A stretch of 40,141 bases of DNA from Deltaproteobacteria bacterium (lineage in GTDB: Bacteria; Myxococcota_A; Polyangia; Polyangiales; Houyiibacteriaceae): contig JAXMNT010000062.1 in the NCBI GenBank assembly GCA_034670305.1, positions 1 to 40,141 of the forward strand, given 5' to 3'. Positions 9,877 to 16,688 of this stretch are shown piece after piece. Both the position numbers and the translations under genes were made by a program. A model generated the notes under the pieces. That model had not been told where the DNA came from. It worked only from the letters and a program-made list of their open reading frames with translations, and searched no databases. Within the stretch, counting starts at the first letter, position 1. Every line of letters starts with the position of its first letter.

Positions 9877-11044
9877 ACTCGAACGCAGCCAGTCCGGTGA
9901 TGTCTTGGCCGACGATCAAGGTGTGGATGTCGTGGGTGCCTTCGTAGGTGAAGACGGTCTCGAGGTTCATCATGTGCCGGCCGATCGGGTACTCGTACAT
10001 GATGCCGTTGCCGCCGAGGATGTCGCGCGCCATGCGGGCGATCTCGAGGGCGTGGAAGACGTTGTTGCGTTTGGCGAGGCTGATCTGTTGCGGGCGCACC
10101 TTGCCGGCTTCTTTGAGCCGGCCGAGCCGCAGGGTGAGCCACTGCGCTTTGGTGATCTCGCTGACCATGTGCACGAGCTTCTGCTGCACGAGCTGAAACC
10201 CCGCGATGGGTTTGCCGAACTGCACCCGGTCCTGCGCGTAGGAGAGCGCGGTCTCGTAGCAGCTCGACGCGGCGCCGATGACGCCCCAGCAGATCCCGTA
10301 GCGGGCTTGCGAGAGACACGAGAGCGGGCCGCGCATGCCAGCCACGTTGGGCAGGATCGCGTCGTCGCCGACTTCGCAGTCTTCGAGCACGAGCTCGCTC
10401 GTGACGCTCGCGCGCAGACTCCACTTGTCGTCGATCTTCAGCGCGGTGAAGCCTTGGGTCTCGGTCGGCACGAGGAAGCCGCGCACCCGATCCTTGCCGC
10501 CGTCTTCCGACTTCAACTTGGCCCAGACGATCGCCACGTGGGCGAGGTTGCCGTTCGTGATCCAGCGCTTCGCGCCGTTGAGCCGGTAGCCGCCGTCGAT
10601 CTTCTCGGCGCGCGTGATCATGCCGGTCGGGTTCGATCCGAAGTCCGGTTCGGTCAGGCCGAAGCAGCCGATGATCTCGCCCTTCGCCATGCCGGGCAGG
10701 TACTTCTGCTTCTGCTCTTCGGAGCCGAACGCGTGGATGGGGTACATGCAGAGCGCGCCCTGCACCGACGCGAAGGAACGCACGCCGCTGTCGCAGCGCT
10801 CGAGCTCTTGCATCGCGAGTCCGTACGCGACGTCGCCCATGCCCGCGCAGCCGTAGCCTTCGAGGTTCGCGCCAAGCAGACCGAGCTCGCCGAACTCGGG
10901 GATGAGTTCCAAGGGGAACGTGCCATCCAGGTAATGCTTCGCGATGCCGGGCTCGAGTTTGTTGCGCGCGAACTGCCGCACCGAGTCCCGCACCTGTCGC
11001 TCTTCGTCCCGCAGCTCCTCGTCGAGCCCGTAGTAGTCGATCAT
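9875..11044 (-). CDS. gcdH: Acyl-CoA dehydrogenase, glutaryl-CoA dehydrogenase-like
   Basis: ELERCDSGVRSFASVQG, CFGLTEPDFGS, LNGAKRWITNG, QARYGICWG, TYEGTHDIH. ATG at 11044. Confidence 0.88.
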   Translation of the reverse strand: MIDYYGLDEELRDEERQVRDSVRQFARNKLEPGIAKHYLDGTFPLELIPEFGELGLLGANLEGYGCAGMGDVAYGLAMQELERCDSGVRSFASVQGALCMYPIHAFGSEEQKQKYLPGMAKGEIIGCFGLTEPDFGSNPTGMITRAEKIDGGYRLNGAKRWITNGNLAHVAIVWAKLKSEDGGKDRVRGFLVPTETQGFTALKIDDKWSLRASVTSELVLEDCEVGDDAILPNVAGMRGPLSCLSQARYGICWGVIGAASSCYETALSYAQDRVQFGKPIAGFQLVQQKLVHMVSEITKAQWLTLRLGRLKEAGKVRPQQISLAKRNNVFHALEIARMARDILGGNGIMYEYPIGRHMMNLETVFTYEGTHDIHTLIVGQDITGLAAFE

Positions 11045-11114
11045 GCCCGCTCGTATACACCGGCAGGCGCCTCGCTGCATGGGTTCAGGGTTGTGACGAC
11101 GCGTCGCTCACCCG

Positions 11115-11270
11115 CGTCCGAAGGCGCGATGCCCTTGCCCTGCGTCCGAACGACGCCCAGCGGCGCGATGCCCTTGCCCCCGTCCGAAGGACGACCTTGC
11201 CAGCGCCGAAGGCGCGATGCTTTGCCCCCGTCCGAAGGGCAGGGGCAGGGGCAAGGGCAAGGGCAAGGGA
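11115..11270 (+). repeat. Degenerate direct-repeat cluster followed by (GGCAAG)n tract
   Basis: GGCGCGATGCYYTTGCCC at 11123, 11162 and 11211. CGTCCGAA at 11115, 11143, 11181 and 11229. (ggcarg)n at 11237-11270. Confidence 0.85.
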
Positions 11271-11278
11271 CAGCGCTT

Positions 11279-11312
11279 AAAAACAGAAACGCCGCGTGCG
11301 AACACGCGGCGT
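11279..11312 (-). terminator. Intrinsic terminator downstream of tRNA-Ala
   Basis: Perfect 10-bp stem ACGCCGCGTG/CACGCGGCGT with a UUCG loop on the minus strand, followed by UUCUGUUUUU. Confidence 0.88.
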
Positions 11313-11336
11313 CGTCTTCCTGAGCGACCTAATGGT

Positions 11337-11412
11337 TGGTGGAGCGACGGGGGATCGAACCCCGGACCTCATGAGTGCGATTCATGCGCTCTCCCAGCTG
11401 AGCTACCGCCCC
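11337..11412 (-). tRNA. tRNA-Ala (anticodon CGC)
   Basis: GGGGCGGTAGCTCAGCTGGGAGAGCG-CATGA-ATCGCAC-TCATG-AGGTCCGGGGTTCGATCCCCCGTCGCTCCACCA. 76 nt, G3:U70 alanine identity pair, encoded CCA. Confidence 0.97.
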
Positions 11413-11435
11413 AAAAGAGAACCAGGAAGACCGGG

Positions 11436-11463
11436 ACTATACGCATGGCGACCCGCCGTGCAA
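11436..11463 (-). promoter_or_regulatory. Sigma70-type promoter for the tRNA
   Basis: Minus strand TTGCAC-16 nt-TATAGT, ending 24 nt upstream of the tRNA 5' end. Confidence 0.65.
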
Positions 11464-11480
11464 CCCCCCAGACGAGGCCC

Positions 11481-11540
11481 CCTGCCTTGCCCCTGCCCTT
11501 GCCCCTGCCCTTGCCCTCCAGAGCTGAATCCGAATCCGAA
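11481..11540 (+). repeat. (CCCTTG)n tract followed by short (GAATCC)n
   Basis: cctgccttgcccctgcccttgcccctgcccttgccc...gaatccgaatccgaa. Confidence 0.85.
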
Positions 11541-11603
11541 GGAGAGGATGGTTTGTGGCCTGTCCCCTTCGGTTTCGAGCCGGCGAACTTCCGGGCGGCG
11601 GTG

Positions 11604-11900
11604 CTGGCAGGTCGCTGAAAAGCGACCTCCCTTGCCGTTGCCCTCGCCCGTGCCCTTGCCCGCGTCGTGGACGCCGTGTGTTTCGCGACGGCGAGGCCGC
11701 GAATCGGTCGGTGCTACGCGGACGAAGCCGCCGGGCTCGGATCGCGAAGAAGAACGCCGCCGCGACGCAGGTCGTCGCGATGCTCGTCGCGCTGGTCAAG
11801 CGATCTGCGCCGCTGATCCGCGGGCAAGGGCAAAGGCAAGGGCAGGGGCAAGGGGCAGGCTGCGAGAACGCCCTGCGGGCGTTCTTCAGCAGCCTGCTAG
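11604..11900 (+). mobile_element. Putative non-autonomous element (MITE/REP-like), apparently full-length copy
   Basis: The first ~105 bp are a diverged copy of 40017-40122. Imperfect terminal IR (16/21: CTGGCAGGTCGCTGAAAAGCG vs CTAGCAGGCTGCTGAAGAACG). Both ends fold as hairpins. Inverted (CCCTTG)n/(GGCAAG)n subterminal tracts. No transposase. Confidence 0.65.
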
Positions 11901-13111
11901 ACGCCGTCGTCGTGCATGTCGAGCGTGTTGCTCGTGCTGCCGCCGGTCACCATCTTCAGGCTCACGCGACCCGCGTCGCGGTCCGGGTCCTTGAACGCGA
12001 CCACCCCGTCGACCGACTCGCCGGCTTTGGCGCTGTCCATGATCCCGGCGTTCCACTCGTCGTCCCACGAGTAGTTGAAGCAGTTGCAGGCGACGCAGCG
12101 TTTCTCGAGCCCCTCGAGCACGATGTCGCGCGCGAGGTCGGACCGGAGCGCGCCGATGAGCGACTCCATCTTGATGTTCCGGCCTTGGTGCCAGCAGAGG
12201 TAGAAGCCGTGGTCGGTGAAGCCGATGAACTTCTGCGGGATGCGGCAGCCCTGCATCGGCCGGTAGCGCTTCTCTTTCTGCGCGTAGCTGTCCCAGTGGT
12301 CGAGCAACATGGTCTTGTCGTTGAACCACGTGTGGGTGTCTTCGCACGCCTTGGCGATCTGCTGGATCTGCGCGTGCGCGGCGCGGGATTGCTCCGGCGT
12401 CATCTGCAGGTGCGCCGTCTCCGGCACCACTTCGACGTGGGAGAAGCCGCAGTAGGCGTACTTGAGTTTGCCCACTTCTTGGATGGCGCGGAACGAGTCC
12501 CACAGGACGTCGTAGTTGTCCTGCTGCATCACCGTGTTGGTGCCCCACTGGATGTCGCTCTTGGTGGCGAGCATCTCGATGGTCTGCATGGAGCGGCGCC
12601 AGGTGCCCTCGCGGCGGCGGATCTTGTCGTGGGCGGCTTCGGTGCCGTCGATGCTGATCGTCAGGCAGTCCAGGTTGGACAAGAGCTCGAGATGTTTCTC
12701 TTTGATCAGCGTGCCGTTGCTGACCATCTGAACCTTGGTCCCGAGCGAGAACGCGTGCTCGAGCAGGTCGAGGATCTTCGGGTGAACGAAGGGTTCACCG
12801 CCGGAGAAGCTGATCGTCTCGACGCCGACGGCGGCGGCTTCGCTCATCACGAGCTTGCACCAGTCCGCGTCCATGAAGAGCGTCTCGGAGGGCCGGCGGC
12901 ACATCTGGCACTTCAGGTTGCAGTACTCGCTCAGCCCGATGTCCATCCGCTCGTAGCTCGTGAAGAGCACTTCGGCTTGGCAGGTTGGACACGGCCGCAC
13001 TTCGAGTGCTTCGCGGCCGCTGAGGGTGTGGCGCACTTCGGTGCCGCAGCTGCAGGTCTGGGTGCGGGTGGGTCCCGCGAGGTCCGAGGCGGACGCGATC
13101 GGGAGGTTCAC
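11897..13111 (-). CDS. Radical SAM protein with N-terminal Cys motif and C-terminal Cys-rich (twitch/SPASM-like) domain
   Basis: CNLKCQMC, FSGGEP, SNGT, ISIDG. N-terminal CSC-x18-CPTC. C-terminal CRIP...LCWH...CVACNC. GTG at 13111 overlaps the upstream stop. Confidence 0.9.
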   Translation of the reverse strand: MNLPIASASDLAGPTRTQTCSCGTEVRHTLSGREALEVRPCPTCQAEVLFTSYERMDIGLSEYCNLKCQMCRRPSETLFMDADWCKLVMSEAAAVGVETISFSGGEPFVHPKILDLLEHAFSLGTKVQMVSNGTLIKEKHLELLSNLDCLTISIDGTEAAHDKIRRREGTWRRSMQTIEMLATKSDIQWGTNTVMQQDNYDVLWDSFRAIQEVGKLKYAYCGFSHVEVVPETAHLQMTPEQSRAAHAQIQQIAKACEDTHTWFNDKTMLLDHWDSYAQKEKRYRPMQGCRIPQKFIGFTDHGFYLCWHQGRNIKMESLIGALRSDLARDIVLEGLEKRCVACNCFNYSWDDEWNAGIMDSAKAGESVDGVVAFKDPDRDAGRVSLKMVTGGSTSNTLDMHDDGV

Positions 13112-14163
13112 GACGCATCTCCCATCGCTTCGAGCAGGAGGGGTGCGGGCGGCGCGTAGGTCACTTCGCCTTCGGAGTGGTCGAAGGTCTCGACGTCGGA
13201 GCAGGCGGCCAGGCAGCCCGGGCACCGTTCGGTGAGCGCGAGGGTCTGCAGCTGCTGGTGGTGCAGGGAGTGCCAGATGTCTTTGATCTCATCGCCTTCG
13301 ATGACGTTGCCCATGAGATCGCCGTCGGTCCGCATGAAGAAGCAGGGGTAGACGTTGCCGCGGAAGTCGATGAGCAGGAACTTGCTCGGCAGGTAGCAGC
13401 CGCCGGGCGGGATGGGCCGCTTGCCGTAGGCGAGGTAGTCCGGGATCACGCCGAAGAGCGACTCGGTGAAGATCTCGATGCCCTTCTCGTCCGCCCGCTT
13501 CGCCAAGGCTTCGAGCGCTTTGACGATGGTCTCGCGGGGGGTGCGCATCAGGGAGAACCGCTTGATGTCCTTCTCGGGGCCGCTGATCTCGGTCTGGAAG
13601 GGCTGAAAGCTCACTTCTTTCAGGCCGATGTCCGCGGCCAGGTCGATGAGGTGGCTCGCCGAGTCCAGGGTCTCGCGCATCAGGACGCCGCTGATGCCGA
13701 TGCCGATGCCGCGCCGGACGCATTCGCGCACCGTCGCGATGCTCTTGTCGTAGTTGCCTTCGCCGCGCAGCTCGTCGTGGATCTCGCGCGGGCCGTCGAT
13801 CGAGATGTGCAGCTCCACCGAGGGGGTCTTCTCGAGCCGGTCGAAGTGGGCCTCGGTCAACATCGTGCCGTTGGTGACGATGTCCTGCTTGGTGAACCCG
13901 AGCGCGTGGGCGTACTCGACCAGATCCAGGAAGTCCTTCCGCATGAAGGACTCAGCGCCGCACGGGGTGAACGAGGTGGCGCCGAGCGCCCGGGCCTGGC
14001 GGAGGATCTCTTTGGCGAGATCGTGCTCCACACCGTGCTCCCGGAGCTCCCAGACGCTGCACATCTTGCACTTGAGGTTGCAGTGCACGGTGAGCTCGAT
14101 GGCGATCTCATCGAGGGGCCGGGTCAAAGCGGCAAAAGGTGCGAGGGGGAGGGTGGATTTCAT
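13108..14163 (-). CDS. Radical SAM protein with twitch/SPASM-like domain
   Basis: CNLKCKMC, CGAES (GGE variant), TNGT, ISIDG...HDELRG, CYLP...GNVYPC...CPGCLAAC. ATG at 14163. Confidence 0.92.
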   Translation of the reverse strand: MKSTLPLAPFAALTRPLDEIAIELTVHCNLKCKMCSVWELREHGVEHDLAKEILRQARALGATSFTPCGAESFMRKDFLDLVEYAHALGFTKQDIVTNGTMLTEAHFDRLEKTPSVELHISIDGPREIHDELRGEGNYDKSIATVRECVRRGIGIGISGVLMRETLDSASHLIDLAADIGLKEVSFQPFQTEISGPEKDIKRFSLMRTPRETIVKALEALAKRADEKGIEIFTESLFGVIPDYLAYGKRPIPPGGCYLPSKFLLIDFRGNVYPCFFMRTDGDLMGNVIEGDEIKDIWHSLHHQQLQTLALTERCPGCLAACSDVETFDHSEGEVTYAPPAPLLLEAMGDAS

Positions 14164-14309
14164 GGCGGTGTGTCTGAGACGGTTTTCTCGAAGAATCTCC
14201 GGGACCTGAACGTACGAAGACGTTCCGGAGCACCGGCGCGCCGGGAAGGTACGACACGAAGCGACGGAGTGCAGCCAGGCGGGATTCACTTCGTTTACGC
14301 TTGGGGGCC

Positions 14310-15689
14310 ATGAGCCTCTCCCTCCGATCGCGCTTCGCCCCCCATCTGCGCTCTTTTGGGGGGTTTCTGGCCACGGCCGGGCTGCTTTTTTCTTTGGGCT
14401 GCGGGGAAGACGCCGCTGGGGACGACGGGGGACTGGACAGCGGCCTCGACGCGGGCGCGGACGCCGGCGGCGAAGAGGTCGATGCGTTCCTGTTCCCGGA
14501 CGCGGGCTGGACGCCCTCCGAGACCCTCTCCTTCGAGGCGGATCCGGCCGGGCAGTGGTACGCCGGGGACTTCCACGTGCACGCGACCGGCGCGAGCAAC
14601 GACACCGGCGGGGACTCCTTTCCGGCCGACATCAAAGCCGCGGCGCTCGAGCGCGGGCTCTACTTCGTGGTGCTGACCGACCACAGCAACAGCACCGGCA
14701 GCGACACGACCACCACCGAAGAGAACCCGGACCTCTTCAACATGGGCCCGGAGTTCCCGCTCGCGATGGAGGCAGCAATGCTCAGTGAGCCGGGCACCTT
14801 CTTGATGATCGACGGCAACGAGATCAGCCCGGTGCTCGATGGCGAGATGCCGACCCAGCCGACCGGCCACGTGGGCTGCGCACCGATGGATCTCGAGACC
14901 TTCGACTACGAGAGCGACGCGCCCTTCATCGACCGGCCGCGGGGCACGATTCCCGGCGGCAATGGTTTGGCCCAGGCGCTCGACCGCGGATGTTTCGCGG
15001 TGCTCAACCATCCTTATGCCTCGGCGCCCTGGACGGCGTTCGACTGGACGCCCTCGGAACGTGGCGACGAAGACAACCCCTGGGGCTACCACGCGATGGA
15101 GGTCTGGAACGGCACGCTCGGGTTCGGCGGCGACGATCTGCAGGCCTGGGACGCCTGGCGGTGCGACCTCGTGAAGGGGCGCTCGGTGACGCCGATCGGC
15201 GCGAGCGACAACCACCGGGTCCACCAGAGCGCGCCGGGGCGGCTCTTCGATCCAGCGCTCGGGTACCCGAACACGATGGTGTTCGCGGAAGACGGCACCT
15301 GGGATGGCATCGTGGCGGGGCTGCTCGCGGGACAGGTCGCGATCGGGGAAGGCGAGAGTCGACTCTTCTTGGACATGTACGCGGAAGACGGGCGGCGGGT
15401 GGAGGACGCGAGCGCGCGTTGGCTGCGGATCCGGATGCGGCTCGATGCCTTCTTCGACCGCCCCGCCAACGTGCGGGTGACGCGCGCCTTCGGATGCGAC
15501 GACCCGCGGCCGACGCCGCTCGTGCCAGTGACGGTTCAGGACGAGGTCTTGGTCGACCAGCCGATCCCGCCCGGGGTCGACTTCGACGTCGCGATCCCGA
15601 TCACCGGGGAGCCGGGCGTCTACACCGCGTTCCTCGAGATGCGGGCGCAGCACTACGGCGCGATGAGCCGCGCGATCGTGATCGAGTAA
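14310..15689 (+). CDS. PHP-like (CehA/McbA-type) metallohydrolase lipoprotein
   Basis: Lipobox SLGC and DAG linker. GDFHVHA, LTDHSN, GNEIS, GHVG, NHP, EVWNG, GASDNH. Confidence 0.85.
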   Translation: MSLSLRSRFAPHLRSFGGFLATAGLLFSLGCGEDAAGDDGGLDSGLDAGADAGGEEVDAFLFPDAGWTPSETLSFEADPAGQWYAGDFHVHATGASNDTGGDSFPADIKAAALERGLYFVVLTDHSNSTGSDTTTTEENPDLFNMGPEFPLAMEAAMLSEPGTFLMIDGNEISPVLDGEMPTQPTGHVGCAPMDLETFDYESDAPFIDRPRGTIPGGNGLAQALDRGCFAVLNHPYASAPWTAFDWTPSERGDEDNPWGYHAMEVWNGTLGFGGDDLQAWDAWRCDLVKGRSVTPIGASDNHRVHQSAPGRLFDPALGYPNTMVFAEDGTWDGIVAGLLAGQVAIGEGESRLFLDMYAEDGRRVEDASARWLRIRMRLDAFFDRPANVRVTRAFGCDDPRPTPLVPVTVQDEVLVDQPIPPGVDFDVAIPITGEPGVYTAFLEMRAQHYGAMSRAIVIE

Positions 15690-15727
15690 CCCGGCGAGCG
15701 CTCGCCGGTGCGAGCGGCGAGTTCAAT

Positions 15728-15810
15728 GAAGCCGCGCTGGAGGACGGCTGCGGTCAGCCCCAGCCGAAGCCGCGCTGGAGGACGGCTGCCATCAGCCCCA
15801 GCCGAAGCCG
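15728..15810 (+). repeat. 38-bp tandem duplication covering the 3' end of the downstream minus-strand gene
   Basis: gaagccgcgctggaggacggctgc(gg/ca)tcagccccagcc at 15728-15765 and 15766-15803, plus a partial third unit. Confidence 0.92.
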
Positions 15811-16352
15811 AGCTCGATGCGGACCACCGGCAGGTAGCTGCGGTCGTTCTGACCGCCGAACCGGAAGCGGCGCTCGAAGCCGAGGCTGCCGCCGACGATC
15901 ACGCCGCGCCAAACCATGCGGTAGCCCGCGCGGCCGATGAGGCCGAGCTCGAAGGTGTCGCTTGGGTCACCTGGCAGCCAGGCGCTCAGCACCTCGACGC
16001 CGAGCACCACCCCGTGCAGTCCGCGCCCCATCGGCCACACCTCCGCCGCAACGCCGAGCCGCGGCCCTTGTGCCTCGTCGCTGTGGCGGCGCCAGCCGGG
16101 CGAGAGCTCGACCCCGAAGAAGCGGTTGGCCGCGAGGTGCACCCGCAGCGCGTATTCGCCGAACGCCAACCCCACCGCATCGGCGGAACTTCCGTAGGCG
16201 ACGTAGGCATGGGCGATGTCGTCGGTCTGCGTTTCCAGGGAGGGCGCGAGCGCGTCGGCGGTCGACGTCTGTGCGTGGGCGGCGGTCGAGACGGAAGCGG
16301 CGACGAGAAGCACGAGTGCGAGGGACCAGGCGGGAGAGAGGGGGCGGGTCAT
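15792..16352 (-). CDS. Secreted protein, probable small outer-membrane beta-barrel
   Basis: Signal peptide ending AHA-Q, alternating amphipathic strands, C-terminal IELGFGWG. Start 16352 or 16364. Confidence 0.65.
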   Translation of the reverse strand: MTRPLSPAWSLALVLLVAASVSTAAHAQTSTADALAPSLETQTDDIAHAYVAYGSSADAVGLAFGEYALRVHLAANRFFGVELSPGWRRHSDEAQGPRLGVAAEVWPMGRGLHGVVLGVEVLSAWLPGDPSDTFELGLIGRAGYRMVWRGVIVGGSLGFERRFRFGGQNDRSYLPVVRIELGFGWG

Positions 16353-16394
16353 GACCGCCCTCATCGGCCCACGGGCCTGTGGGTTGCGCGGCGC

Positions 16395-16646
16395 GGCTTC
16401 GTCGGCTTCGCCTCGGCGTCGGCTTCGGCCTCGGCTTCGGCGTCGGCTTCGGCTTCGGCTTCGGCGTCGGCTTCGGCTTCGGCCTTCGGCGTCGGCCTCG
16501 GCGTCGGCCTCGGCTTGTGCTTCGGCCTTCGGCTTCGGATTCGGCTTCGGCTTCGGCTTCGGATTCGGGGTCGGCTTCAGCTTCAGCTTCGGGGTCGACT
16601 TCGGAACGGAGGGCAAGGGCAGGGGCAAGGGCAAGGGCAAGGGGGC
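16395..16646 (-). repeat. Composite hexamer array: (CCCTTG)n then (GAAGCC)n on the minus strand
   Basis: (ggcttc)n at 16395-16604 and (ggcaag)n at 16611-16646 on the + strand. Confidence 0.93.
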
Positions 16647-16648
16647 AC

Positions 16649-16688
16649 GGGGCCGAAGGCCCCATGCCAATCCCGTTTCGGGATTGGC
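16649..16688. terminator. Tandem hairpins abutting the addA stop
   Basis: GGGGCC-GAA-GGCCCC (16649-16663) and GCCAATCCCG-TTT-CGGGATTGGC (16666-16688). No U-tract. Confidence 0.55.

Noticed and set aside
11115-11240. Possible mini-CRISPR array
   Set aside because: The intervals are only 11 and 22 nt and resemble each other, the repeats vary in length, and no cas genes are in the window.
11337-11412. tRNA as the attachment site of a genomic island
   Set aside because: No integrase and no duplicate of the tRNA 3' end were seen in the window.
14164-14309. RiPP precursor peptide upstream of the radical SAM pair
   Set aside because: No small ORF with a credible RBS and precursor-like composition was found in this gap or downstream of the pair.
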